64,000 nt of DNA, taken from Escherichia coli (lineage in GTDB: Bacteria > Pseudomonadota > Gammaproteobacteria > Enterobacterales > Enterobacteriaceae). A model generated the notes under the pieces. That model saw only the letters and a program-made list of their open reading frames with translations. It was not told where the DNA came from and ran no database searches. Shown here in pieces: positions 25,638-39,668 of this stretch. Within the stretch, counting starts at the first letter, position 1; each line of letters opens with the position of its first letter. The translations under genes were made by a program, and so were the position numbers. The stretch lies in assembly GCF_048403405.1 (NCBI RefSeq), contig NZ_CP183129.1; one strand, given 5' to 3'.

Positions 25638-26990
25638 ATGAGTTCTTTAAGTCAGGCTGCGAGCAGTGTGGAAAAACGCACAAATGCTCGTTACTGGATA
25701 GTGGTGATGTTGTTTATCGTCACATCCTTCAACTACGGCGACCGCGCTACGCTCTCTATCGCCGGTTCGGAAATGGCCAAAGATATCGGCCTTGATCCTG
25801 TGGGAATGGGCTATGTGTTCTCTGCCTTCTCATGGGCTTATGTTATCGGGCAGATCCCTGGTGGTTGGTTGCTGGATCGTTTTGGTTCAAAACGCGTCTA
25901 CTTCTGGTCGATCTTTATCTGGTCGATGTTTACCTTGCTGCAAGGCTTCGTCGATATCTTTAGTGGATTCGGCATTATCGTTGCCCTGTTTACTCTGCGC
26001 TTCCTGGTCGGGCTTGCTGAAGCGCCATCTTTCCCCGGCAACAGTCGCATTGTTGCGGCCTGGTTTCCGGCGCAGGAAAGGGGAACGGCGGTGTCGATTT
26101 TTAACTCCGCTCAATACTTCGCAACGGTGATCTTCGCGCCGATTATGGGCTGGCTGACGCATGAAGTGGGCTGGTCACACGTCTTCTTCTTTATGGGCGG
26201 TCTGGGGATTGTCATCAGCTTTATCTGGTTGAAAGTCATCCACGAGCCAAATCAACATCCGGGGGTAAATCAGAAAGAGCTGGAGTACATCGCCGCGGGT
26301 GGCGCGCTGATCAATATGGATCAGCAAAACACCAAAGTTAAAGTGCCGTTCAGCGTGAAGTGGGGGCAGATCAAACAGCTGCTCGGGTCACGGATGATGA
26401 TCGGCGTTTATATCGGTCAGTACTGTATCAACGCCCTGACTTACTTTTTCATTACCTGGTTTCCGGTTTATCTGGTGCAGGCGCGTGGGATGTCGATTCT
26501 GAAAGCGGGCTTTGTGGCTTCCGTTCCGGCGGTTTGCGGTTTTATCGGCGGTGTGCTGGGTGGGATTATTTCCGACTGGCTGATGCGCCGCACGGGATCG
26601 CTGAACATTGCGCGTAAAACACCGATCGTAATGGGCATGTTGCTGTCGATGGTGATGGTGTTCTGCAACTACGTCAACGTTGAGTGGATGATCATCGGCT
26701 TTATGGCGCTGGCCTTCTTCGGTAAGGGCATCGGGGCGCTGGGTTGGGCAGTAATGGCAGATACCGCGCCAAAAGAGATCAGCGGTCTTTCCGGTGGCCT
26801 GTTCAACATGTTCGGTAACATTTCTGGCATCGTCACGCCAATCGCAATTGGTTATATCGTTGGCACGATTGGCTCGTTTAATGGGGCGCTGATTTATGTT
26901 GGTGTTCATGCCTTAATCGCGGTACTGAGCTACCTGGTGCTGGTGGGCGATATCAAGCGTATCGAGCTGAAACCTGTCGCGGGGCAATAA
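25638..26990 (+). CDS. gudP: Glucarate/galactarate MFS transporter
   Basis: 450 aa, MFS; matches GudP. Confidence 0.93.
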   Translation: MSSLSQAASSVEKRTNARYWIVVMLFIVTSFNYGDRATLSIAGSEMAKDIGLDPVGMGYVFSAFSWAYVIGQIPGGWLLDRFGSKRVYFWSIFIWSMFTLLQGFVDIFSGFGIIVALFTLRFLVGLAEAPSFPGNSRIVAAWFPAQERGTAVSIFNSAQYFATVIFAPIMGWLTHEVGWSHVFFFMGGLGIVISFIWLKVIHEPNQHPGVNQKELEYIAAGGALINMDQQNTKVKVPFSVKWGQIKQLLGSRMMIGVYIGQYCINALTYFFITWFPVYLVQARGMSILKAGFVASVPAVCGFIGGVLGGIISDWLMRRTGSLNIARKTPIVMGMLLSMVMVFCNYVNVEWMIIGFMALAFFGKGIGALGWAVMADTAPKEISGLSGGLFNMFGNISGIVTPIAIGYIVGTIGSFNGALIYVGVHALIAVLSYLVLVGDIKRIELKPVAGQ

Positions 26991-26991
26991 G

Positions 26992-28332
26992 ATGACGACA
27001 CAATCCAGTCCTGTTATTACTGATATGAAAGTCATTCCGGTCGCCGGGCACGATAGCATGTTGCTTAATATTGGTGGGGCGCATAACGCATATTTCACTC
27101 GCAATATTGTGGTACTCACCGATAACGCCGGGCATACCGGCATTGGTGAAGCGCCAGGCGGAGAGGTGATTTATCAGACACTGGTCGATGCTATTCCGAT
27201 GGTGTTGGGCCAGGAAGTTGCGCGCCTGAATAAAGTGGTTCAGCAGGTGCATAAAGGTAATCAGGCAGCCGATTTTGATACCTTCGGCAAAGGTGCCTGG
27301 ACTTTTGAATTGCGCGTTAATGCCGTGGCGGCGCTGGAAGCCGCCTTGCTTGACCTGCTAGGTAAGGCGCTGAATGTTCCGGTCTGCGAACTGTTGGGGC
27401 CAGGCAAGCAACGCGAGGCTATTACCGTCCTCGGTTATCTGTTTTATTTCGGTGATCGGACCAAAACCGATCTTCCTTATCTGGAAAATACGCCGGGCAA
27501 CCATGAGTGGTATCAGTTGCGCCATCAGAAAGCGATGAACAGCGAAGCCGTTGTGCGTCTGGCGGAAGCCTCACAGGATCGCTACGGCTTTAAAGATTTC
27601 AAACTTAAGGGCGGCGTGTTACCTGGCGAGCAAGAAATCGACACTGTTCGTGCATTGAAGAAACGCTTCCCGGATGCGCGGATTACCGTTGATCCCAACG
27701 GTGCATGGCTGCTTGATGAAGCCATTTCTCTGTGCAAAGGGCTGAATGATGTTCTTACCTATGCCGAAGATCCATGCGGAGCAGAACAGGGGGTCTCCGG
27801 ACGTGAAGTGATGGCGGAGTTTCGGCGGGCGACCGGCTTGCCCGTCGCGACTAATATGATCGCCACCAACTGGCGCGAAATGGGCCATGCGGTGATGCTC
27901 AATGCGGTAGATATTCCACTTGCCGATCCGCACTTCTGGACGCTTTCCGGTGCAGTCCGCGTGGCGCAGCTTTGCGACGACTGGGGGCTGACCTGGGGCT
28001 GCCATTCCAACAACCATTTCGATATCTCTCTGGCGATGTTTACCCATGTGGGCGCGGCGGCACCGGGTAATCCTACCGCTATCGATACCCACTGGATTTG
28101 GCAGGAGGGCGATTGTCGCCTGACCCAAAATCCGCTGGAGATTAAAAACGGAAAAATTGCCGTTCCTGATGCGCCCGGTCTGGGCGTGGAACTGGACTGG
28201 GAACAGGTACAAAAGGCACATGAGGCCTATAAACGTCTGCCTGGCGGTGCGCGTAACGACGCGGGCCCGATGCAGTACCTGATCCCCGGCTGGACCTTTG
28301 ACCGTAAACGTCCCGTTTTCGGCCGTCATTGA
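26992..28332 (+). CDS. gudX: Glucarate dehydratase-related protein (enolase superfamily paralog)
   Basis: 446 aa [24 protein letters not shown]...; paralog of the downstream gudD. Confidence 0.92.
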   Translation: MTTQSSPVITDMKVIPVAGHDSMLLNIGGAHNAYFTRNIVVLTDNAGHTGIGEAPGGEVIYQTLVDAIPMVLGQEVARLNKVVQQVHKGNQAADFDTFGKGAWTFELRVNAVAALEAALLDLLGKALNVPVCELLGPGKQREAITVLGYLFYFGDRTKTDLPYLENTPGNHEWYQLRHQKAMNSEAVVRLAEASQDRYGFKDFKLKGGVLPGEQEIDTVRALKKRFPDARITVDPNGAWLLDEAISLCKGLNDVLTYAEDPCGAEQGVSGREVMAEFRRATGLPVATNMIATNWREMGHAVMLNAVDIPLADPHFWTLSGAVRVAQLCDDWGLTWGCHSNNHFDISLAMFTHVGAAAPGNPTAIDTHWIWQEGDCRLTQNPLEIKNGKIAVPDAPGLGVELDWEQVQKAHEAYKRLPGGARNDAGPMQYLIPGWTFDRKRPVFGRH

Positions 28333-28352
28333 TTTTGAAAAAGGACATAAAT

Positions 28353-29693
28353 ATGAGTTCTCAATTTACGACGCCTGTTGTTACTGAAATGCAGGTCATC
28401 CCGGTGGCGGGCCATGACAGTATGCTGATGAATCTGAGTGGTGCACACGCACCGTTCTTCACGCGTAATATTGTGATTATCAAAGATAATTCTGGTCACA
28501 CCGGGGTAGGGGAAATTCCCGGCGGCGAGAAAATCCGTAAAACGCTGGAAGATGCGATTCCGCTGGTGGTGGGTAAAACGCTGGGTGAATACAAAAACGT
28601 TCTGACGCTGGTGCGTAATACATTTGCCGATCGTGATGCCGGCGGGCGCGGTTTGCAGACATTTGACCTGCGGACCACTATTCATGTGGTTACCGGGATA
28701 GAAGCGGCAATGCTGGATCTGCTGGGGCAGCATCTGGGGGTTAACGTGGCATCGCTGCTGGGCGATGGTCAACAGCGTAGCGAAGTCGAAATGCTCGGTT
28801 ATCTGTTCTTCGTCGGTAATCGCAAAGCCACACCGCTGCCGTATCAAAGCCAGCCGGATGATAAATGTGACTGGTATCGCCTGCGTCACGAAGAAGCGAT
28901 GACGCCGGATGCGGTGGTGCGCCTGGCGGAAGCGGCATATGAAAAATATGGCTTCAACGATTTCAAACTGAAGGGCGGTGTACTGGCCGGGGAAGAAGAA
29001 GCAGAATCTATTGTGGCACTGGCGCAACGCTTCCCACAGGCGCGTATTACCCTCGATCCTAACGGTGCCTGGTCGCTGAACGAAGCGATTAAAATTGGTA
29101 AATACCTGAAAGGTTCGCTGGCTTATGCAGAAGATCCGTGTGGTGCGGAGCAAGGTTTCTCCGGGCGTGAAGTGATGGCAGAGTTCCGTCGCGCGACTGG
29201 CCTGCCGACCGCAACCAATATGATCGCCACCGACTGGCGGCAGATGGGCCATACGCTCTCGTTACAATCCGTTGATATCCCGCTGGCGGATCCGCATTTC
29301 TGGACGATGCAAGGTTCGGTACGTGTGGCGCAAATGTGTCATGAATTTGGCCTGACCTGGGGTTCACACTCTAACAACCACTTCGATATTTCCCTGGCGA
29401 TGTTTACCCATGTAGCCGCTGCTGCACCGGGTAAAATTACTGCTATTGATACGCACTGGATCTGGCAGGAAGGCAATCAGCGTCTGACCAAAGAACCGTT
29501 TGAGATCAAAGGCGGGCTGGTACAGGTGCCGCAAAAACCAGGATTGGGCGTAGAAATCGATATGGATCAGGTGATGAAAGCCCACGAGCTGTATCAGAAA
29601 CATGGGCTTGGTGCGCGAGACGATGCGATGGGAATGCAGTATCTGATTCCTGGCTGGACGTTTGATAACAAGCGCCCGTGCATGGTGCGTTAA
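28353..29693 (+). CDS. gudD: D-glucarate dehydratase
   Basis: 446 aa starting [25 protein letters not shown] at the ATG (28353) with RBS; the track start is an upstream TTG. Confidence 0.93.
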   Translation: MSSQFTTPVVTEMQVIPVAGHDSMLMNLSGAHAPFFTRNIVIIKDNSGHTGVGEIPGGEKIRKTLEDAIPLVVGKTLGEYKNVLTLVRNTFADRDAGGRGLQTFDLRTTIHVVTGIEAAMLDLLGQHLGVNVASLLGDGQQRSEVEMLGYLFFVGNRKATPLPYQSQPDDKCDWYRLRHEEAMTPDAVVRLAEAAYEKYGFNDFKLKGGVLAGEEEAESIVALAQRFPQARITLDPNGAWSLNEAIKIGKYLKGSLAYAEDPCGAEQGFSGREVMAEFRRATGLPTATNMIATDWRQMGHTLSLQSVDIPLADPHFWTMQGSVRVAQMCHEFGLTWGSHSNNHFDISLAMFTHVAAAAPGKITAIDTHWIWQEGNQRLTKEPFEIKGGLVQVPQKPGLGVEIDMDQVMKAHELYQKHGLGARDDAMGMQYLIPGWTFDNKRPCMVR

Positions 29694-29863
29694 GACAGAA
29701 AACCAAAACCGGCTTCATAAGAAGTCGGTTTGAGATTACTGACGAAGTGGTTTACGGGGCCGGTTTTCCCCCTCACCCTCTCCCCGGAGGGGCGAGGGGA
29801 CTGTCTGTGCTGCTCCCAGCATTGGCATTGGACGGAACCTATTTTGACTCGACAAGACGTCCA

Positions 29864-32620
29864 TTACCCGAGAATTTTGCTGGCTTCGCGCGCGACATTA
29901 TCCATCTCGTCCAACAGTTCCAGCAGCTCCGGCTCCAAATCTTCTTCTTTAGTACCGCTACGTAGCTGTTGTTCGATCAGCTGGCAGAGATTCTTCATAC
30001 GCGGCACACCGCTATAGCCGCAACTGCCATGCAGTTTATGAATCAAATCAACCAGGCCTTCCGGGTTTTCTCCAACCAGCTGTTCCTCAACTTTGTTGCG
30101 AACTTCAGGCAGGAAATCGAGTAACATTTGCAGCATATCGCGCGCTAAATCGGTTTTTCCTGCTGCCTGGCGTAGTGCCAGTTGCCAGTCGAGGGTCGCA
30201 TTCGGGTTCACCACAATTTCGTTGACTTCGGGCGTCACGACGCGAGACGAAATACCGCTGCCAGGCTTGTAGCGCAACAACAAATTATGCAATCGCTCTT
30301 CTTCAATCGGTTTCGCCAGATAATCGCTCATCCCTGCGCCAAGCAGCTTCTCTTTTTGCCCGGCCATTGCATGCGCCGTTACCGCGATAACTGGCGTTTG
30401 TTGCTGATGGGGGAGCTGGTGGATGAGTTCGCAGGCCCGAATGCCGTCCATGTCCGGCATTTGAATATCCATTAAGATCAAATCGAACGGCATCTGTTTC
30501 GCCCGTTCAACCGCCTGATGCCCGCTATCGCAAAGTTCCACATGTTGCACCATATCTTCCAGCAATGCGCCGATAAGTTTCAGGTTAGCGGGGTTGTCAT
30601 CAACCGCCATGACTGTCATTGCCAGCTTACTTTCATCGGTTACAGGCAAAAGCGTGTTTTGTTTGTGATGACAAAATTCCGTCAGGGCAGGTAACAGGCG
30701 CGTAGGTGTTAATGGTTTCAGCAGACACGCGCCGATACCATCTTGCTTAAGTTTTTCAGCATTGACTTGTGCATGGCAAGGAAGTGCCAGCATCAGAAAA
30801 TCGGTCATCGATACCGCTTTCGCTAATCGCTCATGTTGCATTGTTAGCGGCTCGCGGAAGGTCACCGCGATGCCTAACAACATCATGTCGTAATGCGCGG
30901 GAGGCAGCGCGGAGAACGTTGGGCTATAAACCACTTCCAGCGGCGTTTCACTTAAAATATCCAGCGTGCATTGCGCTGCTGCGGAGTTTGGTTCGACATA
31001 GGCCAGGCGCTTGCCGGCTAGGCACTGGGTGGATGGCCCTTCGATAATAATGTTCGGGTTCAGATCGAGATTAATGTGGAACCAGAAAGTTGAACCGCGA
31101 TTCGGCTGGCTATGGAACGAAATATCGCCGCCCATTTCATTAACCAGTTTTTGTGTAATCACCAGCCCCAGCCCGGTGCCACCATGACGGCGGGAAATAC
31201 TGGCATCAGCCTGTCGGAAGGCCTGGAATAAGCGCGATTGATCGCGTTCAGGAATACCAATGCCGGTATCCCGAATCTGCACTTCAATCTGCACTTTAGT
31301 ATTACTCAGAGCACGTTTTTCTACCAGAATATCAATGTTGCCATTCTCGGTGAATTTAATTGCATTCCCCACCAGGTTAGTGATGATTTGCTGTAATCGC
31401 AGTGGGTCGCCGATCACGTTATCGGGCACGTCGCTCTTAATATTGAGCGTCAGTTCCAACCCTTTATCGTGAGAAGAATGTGCCAGCAGGGTAACGACTT
31501 CATCCAGCGTGCTGCGTAGTGGGAATGGAATACTTTCCAGAATCAGCTTACCTGCTTCCAGTTTCGAGAAGTCGAGAACATCATTAATAATTGCCAGCAA
31601 ATTATTTGCCGAACGTTCAATCGTATTCAGGTGATCGCGCTGCGTTGGTGTTAATTCTGTTTTCAGCGTCAGGCGGGTAAAGCCAATAACACCATTCAGT
31701 GGTGTACGCAGCTCGTGTGACATATTTGCAAGAAACTCGGATTTAATACGCGCCGCTTCCTGGGCGCGCTTTTTCGCCAGATCCAACTCAACGTTCTGAA
31801 TTTCCATCTGCTCCAGCGTTTCACGCAGATCGGACGTCGCCTGGTCGATATTGTGCTGCATCTCTTCGTGATAAGCAGCCAGCGACATTGCCATCGAGTT
31901 GATACCGTTTTTCAGCATATCCAGCTCGCCGAGCATAAATCCTTCCACACGGCTGTCGAGTTGCCCGCGACGGATGCGGTCGACGGTATTCACCATATTG
32001 CGAATCGGACCGGTTACATCGCGCATTAAGCGCCAGCCAAAAATAAGCGCAATACCGATACAAAACAGCATCATCACGCTGGAAATAAAGATCTCTTTAT
32101 ATTGCTGCAAGCGAACCGATTTAAGATCCAGCTCCAGCGCAATATATCCCAGCATATTTTGACTATTTTTGGCATCGCTACTGGGCGATTCGTCGGGGGA
32201 GTAACTCTCAGAAATAATCGGCGTGCGGAGGATCATAATATCGCCGTCACGAGTGACAGTGAGCTGGCGAGGAAACGGCACGTTGCTGCCGAGCTGCATT
32301 GATGAAGGATCAAGATGAAAATTGGAGGTGACAAAGAGTCGGTTATTTTCATCATAAACCGAAATCGCGCGAACAATATCGGAATGGCGACGATGCAGTA
32401 CGCTTATTAACTGACCGATAGATTCGCGATTTTGCAGGCTCATGCCATATTCAGTAGAAACTGCAAGCGGCTCAATAATGCTGGCTCCGGCATCTTCCAG
32501 TTGACGCTGCAAGTCGTTATAGCGATGCACAACGAAAAAGATACTCAGCAATAAACCAATAAGGACGGTCGGTGCCAGGATCAGAATCATCATGCGTGCG
32601 CGCAGGCTGTAGTTGGTCAT
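29864..32620 (-). CDS. barA: Hybrid sensor histidine kinase BarA (HAMP-HisKA-HATPase-REC-HPt)
   Basis: 918 aa [24 protein letters not shown]...; H-box SHELRTPLN; matches BarA. Confidence 0.95.
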
Positions 32621-32676
32621 GGAGTTCCGTTATGGGACAATTAAGGTCACACTGTTAAATTGAGAAAGTCTCGCCA

Positions 32677-33978
32677 ATGGCGCAATTCTACTCTGCAAAA
32701 CGACGCACGACGACGCGTCAGATCATAACTGTTTCAGTCAACGACCTCGACTCTTTTGGTCAGGGCGTGGCACGACATAACGGCAAAGCGTTATTTATTC
32801 CTGGATTACTGCCACAGGAAAACGCGGAAGTTACTGTTACTGAAGATAAAAAACAGTACGCCCGCGCTAAAGTCGTGCGCCGGTTAAGCGATAGCCCGGA
32901 ACGCGAAACGCCACGCTGCCCTCATTTTGGCGTATGCGGTGGCTGTCAGCAACAACACGCCAGCGTGGATTTACAGCAGCGAAGCAAAAGTGCGGCACTC
33001 GCCCGATTAATGAAACACGAAGTCTCTGAAGTGATCGCCGATGTTCCCTGGGGCTATCGCCGTCGCGCGCGTTTAAGTTTGAACTACTTACCGAAAACAC
33101 AGCAACTTCAGATGGGGTTTCGCAAAGCGGGCTCCAGTGACATTGTCGACGTTAAACAATGCCCCATTTTAGTGCCCCAACTTGAAGCATTGCTGCCCAA
33201 AGTCAGGGCATGCCTGGACAGCTTACAAGCTATGCGCCATCTTGGTCATGTTGAACTGGTACAGGCAACCAGCGGCACGCTGATGATTTTGCGCCATACC
33301 GCACCGCTAAGTTCGGCTGATCGCGAAAAACTGGAACGCTTTTCGCATTCTGAAGGCCTGGATCTGTATCTCGCCCCCGATAGTGAGATACTCGAAACCG
33401 TCGCTGGTGAGATGCCCTGGTATGACTCAAACAGGTTGCGCTTAACTTTTAGCCCGCGCGATTTTATTCAGGTCAATGCGGGTGTGAACCAAAAAATGGT
33501 AGCGCGTGCGTTGGAATGGCTGGATGTGCAACCTGAAGATCGCGTACTGGATTTGTTCTGCGGTATGGGCAACTTTACACTGCCATTAGCGACACAAGCT
33601 GCCAGTGTGGTGGGTGTAGAAGGTGTTCCGGCGCTGGTGGAAAAAGGCCAGCAGAATGCGCGTCTTAATGGCTTACACAATGTGACGTTTTATCACGAAA
33701 ATCTTGAAGAAGATGTCACAAAGCAGCCGTGGGCGAAAAACGGCTTCGATAAAGTGTTGCTGGACCCGGCGCGAGCAGGTGCCGCAGGTGTTATGCAGCA
33801 AATTATAAAACTGGAACCTATTCGTATAGTTTATGTATCCTGTAACCCTGCAACGCTGGCTCGGGATAGCGAAGCGTTATTAAAAGCAGGATATACCATT
33901 GCGCGACTGGCGATGCTGGATATGTTCCCACACACGGGACATCTGGAATCGATGGTACTTTTCTCGCGCGTTAAATAG
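32677..33978 (+). CDS. rlmD: 23S rRNA (uracil1939-C5)-methyltransferase
   Basis: 433 aa [25 protein letters not shown]...; Fe-S cysteine cluster [10 protein letters not shown]; matches RlmD (RumA). Confidence 0.95.
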   Translation: MAQFYSAKRRTTTRQIITVSVNDLDSFGQGVARHNGKALFIPGLLPQENAEVTVTEDKKQYARAKVVRRLSDSPERETPRCPHFGVCGGCQQQHASVDLQQRSKSAALARLMKHEVSEVIADVPWGYRRRARLSLNYLPKTQQLQMGFRKAGSSDIVDVKQCPILVPQLEALLPKVRACLDSLQAMRHLGHVELVQATSGTLMILRHTAPLSSADREKLERFSHSEGLDLYLAPDSEILETVAGEMPWYDSNRLRLTFSPRDFIQVNAGVNQKMVARALEWLDVQPEDRVLDLFCGMGNFTLPLATQAASVVGVEGVPALVEKGQQNARLNGLHNVTFYHENLEEDVTKQPWAKNGFDKVLLDPARAGAAGVMQQIIKLEPIRIVYVSCNPATLARDSEALLKAGYTIARLAMLDMFPHTGHLESMVLFSRVK

Positions 33979-34025
33979 TTGCGATTTGCCGATTTCGGCA
34001 GGTCTGGTCCCTAAAGGAGAGGACG

Positions 34026-36260
34026 ATGGTTGCGGTAAGAAGTGCACATATCAATAAGGCTGGTGAATTTGATCCGGAAAAATGGATCGCAAGTCTGGGT
34101 ATTACCAGCCAGAAGTCGTGTGAGTGCTTAGCCGAAACCTGGGCGTATTGTCTGCAACAGACGCAGGGGCATCCGGATGCCAGTCTGTTATTGTGGCGTG
34201 GTGTTGAGATGGTGGAGATCCTCTCGACATTAAGTATGGACATTGACACGCTGCGGGCGGCGCTGCTGTTCCCTCTGGCGGATGCCAACGTAGTCAGCGA
34301 AGATGTGCTGCGTGAGTGCGTCGGTAAGTCGGTCGTTAACCTTATTCACGGCGTGCGTGATATGGCGGCGATCCGCCAGCTGAAAGCGACGCATACCGAT
34401 TCTGTTTCCTCCGAACAGGTCGATAACGTTCGCCGGATGTTATTGGCGATGGTCGATGATTTTCGCTGCGTGGTCATCAAACTGGCAGAGCGTATTGCTC
34501 ATCTGCGCGAAGTAAAAGACGCGCCGGAAGATGAACGCGTACTGGCGGCAAAAGAGTGCACCAATATCTACGCGCCGTTGGCGAACCGTCTTGGGATTGG
34601 ACAACTGAAATGGGAGCTGGAAGATTACTGCTTCCGTTATCTCCACCCGACCGAATACAAACGCATCGCAAAACTGCTGCATGAACGCCGTCTCGACCGC
34701 GAACACTATATCGAAGAGTTTGTCGGCCATCTGCGCGCTGAGATGAAAGCTGAAGGCGTTAAAGCTGAAGTGTATGGTCGACCGAAACACATCTACAGCA
34801 TCTGGCGCAAAATGCAGAAAAAGAACCTCGCCTTCGATGAGCTGTTTGATGTGCGTGCGGTACGTATTGTCGCCGAGCGTTTACAGGATTGCTATGCCGC
34901 ACTGGGGATAGTGCACACTCACTATCGCCACCTGCCGGATGAGTTTGACGATTACGTCGCTAACCCGAAACCAAACGGTTATCAGTCTATTCATACCGTG
35001 GTTCTGGGGCCGGGTGGCAAAACCGTTGAGATCCAAATCCGCACTAAACAGATGCATGAAGATGCAGAGTTGGGTGTTGCTGCGCACTGGAAATATAAAG
35101 AGGGCGCGGCAGCTGGCGGCGCACGTTCGGGACATGAAGACCGGATTGCCTGGCTGCGTAAACTGATTGCGTGGCAGGAAGAGATGGCTGATTCCGGCGA
35201 AATGCTCGACGAAGTACGTAGCCAGGTCTTTGACGACCGGGTGTACGTCTTTACGCCGAAAGGTGATGTCGTTGATTTGCCTGCGGGATCAACACCGCTG
35301 GACTTCGCTTACCACATCCACAGTGATGTCGGACACCGCTGCATCGGGGCAAAAATTGGCGGGCGCATTGTGCCGTTCACCTACCAGCTGCAGATGGGCG
35401 ACCAGATTGAAATTATCACCCAGAAACAGCCGAACCCCAGCCGTGACTGGTTAAACCCAAACCTCGGTTACGTCACAACCAGCCGTGGGCGTTCGAAAAT
35501 TCACGCCTGGTTCCGTAAACAGGACCGTGACAAAAACATTCTGGCTGGGCGGCAAATCCTTGACGACGAGCTGGAACATCTGGGGATCAGCCTGAAAGAA
35601 GCAGAAAAACATCTGCTGCCGCGTTACAACTTCAATGATGTCGACGAGTTGCTGGCGGCAATTGGTGGCGGGGATATCCGTCTCAATCAGATGGTGAACT
35701 TCCTGCAATCGCAATTTAATAAGCCGAGTGCCGAAGAGCAGGATGCCGCCGCGCTGAAGCAACTTCAGCAAAAAAGCTATACGCCGCAAAACCGCAGTAA
35801 AGATAACGGTCGTGTGGTGGTAGAAGGTGTCGGTAACCTGATGCACCACATCGCGCGCTGCTGCCAGCCGATTCCTGGAGATGAGATTGTCGGCTTCATT
35901 ACCCAGGGGCGCGGTATTTCAGTGCATCGTGCAGACTGTGAGCAACTGGCGGAACTGCGCTCCCATGCGCCAGAACGCATTGTTGACGCGGTATGGGGCG
36001 AGAGCTACTCCGCCGGATATTCGCTGGTGGTCCGGGTGATGGCCAATGATCGCAGTGGATTATTGCGTGATATCACGACCATTCTTGCCAACGAGAAGGT
36101 GAACGTGCTTGGCGTTGCCAGCCGTAGCGACACTAAACAGCAACTGGCGACTATCGACATGACCATTGAGATTTACAATCTGCAAGTGCTGGGCCGCGTG
36201 CTGGGTAAACTCAATCAGGTGCCGGATGTTATCGACGCGCGTCGGTTGCACGGGAGTTAG
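34026..36260 (+). CDS. relA: GTP pyrophosphokinase ((p)ppGpp synthetase I)
   Basis: 744 aa MVAVRSAHINKAGEFDPEKWIASLG... matches RelA. Confidence 0.96.
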   Translation: MVAVRSAHINKAGEFDPEKWIASLGITSQKSCECLAETWAYCLQQTQGHPDASLLLWRGVEMVEILSTLSMDIDTLRAALLFPLADANVVSEDVLRECVGKSVVNLIHGVRDMAAIRQLKATHTDSVSSEQVDNVRRMLLAMVDDFRCVVIKLAERIAHLREVKDAPEDERVLAAKECTNIYAPLANRLGIGQLKWELEDYCFRYLHPTEYKRIAKLLHERRLDREHYIEEFVGHLRAEMKAEGVKAEVYGRPKHIYSIWRKMQKKNLAFDELFDVRAVRIVAERLQDCYAALGIVHTHYRHLPDEFDDYVANPKPNGYQSIHTVVLGPGGKTVEIQIRTKQMHEDAELGVAAHWKYKEGAAAGGARSGHEDRIAWLRKLIAWQEEMADSGEMLDEVRSQVFDDRVYVFTPKGDVVDLPAGSTPLDFAYHIHSDVGHRCIGAKIGGRIVPFTYQLQMGDQIEIITQKQPNPSRDWLNPNLGYVTTSRGRSKIHAWFRKQDRDKNILAGRQILDDELEHLGISLKEAEKHLLPRYNFNDVDELLAAIGGGDIRLNQMVNFLQSQFNKPSAEEQDAAALKQLQQKSYTPQNRSKDNGRVVVEGVGNLMHHIARCCQPIPGDEIVGFITQGRGISVHRADCEQLAELRSHAPERIVDAVWGESYSAGYSLVVRVMANDRSGLLRDITTILANEKVNVLGVASRSDTKQQLATIDMTIEIYNLQVLGRVLGKLNQVPDVIDARRLHGS

Positions 36261-36276
36261 GCCGAAATTAGCTCGT

Positions 36277-36315
36277 ATCTACAATGTAGATTGATATATA
36301 CTGTATCTACATATG
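36277..36315. promoter_or_regulatory. mazEF promoter/operator palindromes (alternating palindrome)
   Basis: Perfect palindrome atctacaATGtagat (36277-36291) followed by ttgatatatactgtatctacata, the known MazE-MazF autoregulatory site upstream of mazE. Confidence 0.7.
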
Positions 36316-36337
36316 ATAGCGGTTTGAGGAAAGGGTT

Positions 36338-36586
36338 ATGATCCACAGTAGCGTAAAGCGTTGGGGAAATTCACCGGCGGTGCGGATCCCGGCTACGTTA
36401 ATGCAGGCGCTCAATCTGAATATTGATGATGAAGTGAAGATTGACCTGGTGGATGGCAAATTAATTATTGAGCCAGTGCGTAAAGAGCCCGTATTTACGC
36501 TTGCTGAACTGGTCAACGACATCACGCCGGAAAACCTCCACGAGAATATCGACTGGGGAGAGCCGAAAGATAAGGAAGTCTGGTAA
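36338..36586 (+). CDS. mazE: Antitoxin MazE
   Basis: 82 aa [27 protein letters not shown]... exact MazE-like sequence (AbrB/SpoVT fold). Confidence 0.96.
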
Positions 36587-36921
36587 TGGTAAGCCGATAC
36601 GTACCCGATATGGGCGATCTGATTTGGGTTGATTTTGACCCGACAAAAGGTAGCGAGCAAGCTGGACATCGTCCGGCTGTTGTCCTGAGTCCGTTCATGT
36701 ACAACAACAAAACAGGTATGTGTCTGTGTGTTCCTTGTACAACGCAATCAAAAGGATATCCGTTCGAAGTTGTTTTATCCGGTCAGGAACGTGATGGCGT
36801 AGCGTTAGCTGATCAGGTAAAAAGTATCGCCTGGCGGGCAAGAGGAGCAACGAAGAAAGGAACAGTTGCCCCAGAGGAATTACAACTCATTAAAGCCAAA
36901 ATTAACGTACTGATTGGGTAG
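36586..36921 (+). CDS. mazF: mRNA interferase toxin MazF (ACA-specific endoribonuclease)
   Basis: 111 aa [36 protein letters not shown]...; start overlaps mazE stop. Confidence 0.96.
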   Translation: MVSRYVPDMGDLIWVDFDPTKGSEQAGHRPAVVLSPFMYNNKTGMCLCVPCTTQSKGYPFEVVLSGQERDGVALADQVKSIAWRARGATKKGTVAPEELQLIKAKINVLIG

Positions 36922-36992
36922 GTGTTACTAACTCACTTCTATTCTGGTCACAGGTTTCCACCTGACAGACCCGCAATTTTCAGGACATTCTA

Positions 36993-37784
36993 ATGAATCA
37001 AATCGACCGTTTGCTCACTATTATGCAGCGCCTGCGCGATCCGGAAAACGGCTGCCCGTGGGATAAAGAGCAGACATTTGCCACCATTGCGCCTTACACC
37101 CTTGAAGAAACCTACGAGGTGCTGGACGCCATCGCCCGTGAAGATTTTGACGATCTTCGCGGTGAACTGGGCGATCTGCTATTCCAGGTGGTGTTTTACG
37201 CGCAAATGGCTCAGGAAGAAGGGCGCTTTGACTTTAATGATATTTGCGCTGCTATTAGCGATAAATTAGAACGTCGCCATCCGCATGTTTTTGCTGACAG
37301 TTCTGCCGAAAACAGTAGTGAAGTGCTTGCCCGTTGGGAGCAAATTAAAACCGAAGAGCGCGCGCAGAAAGCGCAGCATTCGGCGCTGGACGATATTCCT
37401 CGTAGTTTACCGGCTTTAATGCGTGCGCAAAAAATCCAGAAACGTTGCGCCAACGTTGGCTTCGACTGGACGACGCTTGGTCCGGTAGTCGATAAAGTCT
37501 ACGAAGAGATCGACGAGGTGATGTACGAGGCGCGGCAGGCTGTTGTCGACCAGGCTAAACTGGAGGAGGAAATGGGTGACCTGCTGTTTGCCACGGTCAA
37601 TCTGGCTCGTCATTTAGGGACAAAAGCGGAAATCGCATTGCAAAAAGCGAACGAAAAATTCGAGCGTCGTTTTCGCGAAGTGGAGCGTATTGTTGCCGCG
37701 CGTGGACTGGAAATGACAGGTGTTGACCTCGAAACAATGGAAGAAGTCTGGCAACAGGTAAAACGGCAGGAAATTGATCTCTAA
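36993..37784 (+). CDS. mazG: Nucleoside triphosphate pyrophosphohydrolase MazG
   Basis: 263 aa MNQIDRLLTIMQRLRDPENGCPWDKEQTF... matches MazG. Confidence 0.95.
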   Translation: MNQIDRLLTIMQRLRDPENGCPWDKEQTFATIAPYTLEETYEVLDAIAREDFDDLRGELGDLLFQVVFYAQMAQEEGRFDFNDICAAISDKLERRHPHVFADSSAENSSEVLARWEQIKTEERAQKAQHSALDDIPRSLPALMRAQKIQKRCANVGFDWTTLGPVVDKVYEEIDEVMYEARQAVVDQAKLEEEMGDLLFATVNLARHLGTKAEIALQKANEKFERRFREVERIVAARGLEMTGVDLETMEEVWQQVKRQEIDL

Positions 37785-37996
37785 GGGAATTACGTGGTCA
37801 AGCGCGATTTGTGTCATTTTTTAAATGACAAGCGCTTGATTTGCGTCAAAAACATTTACCCCAAAGGGGCTATTTTCTCACTCCTGATTTCAATAGTGCG
37901 CTGGCGAAGAGGAGGGATAATGAAAGTTTGTGGCACAGGTCATGTTCGGGTATACTGCTTTCCCGTCCTGGTTATTCCATCGTCTTTTCAACCTAA

Positions 37997-39649
<1,653 letters not shown>

Positions 39650-39668
39650 GTAAAAAAGTTAGAACGGC

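Noticed and set aside
27619-29252. 236-aa and 308-aa minus-strand ORFs
   Set aside because: Antisense to gudX and gudD
29678-30017. Two 95-aa plus-strand ORFs
   Set aside because: Span the gudD-barA intergenic palindromes and the antisense of the barA 3' end
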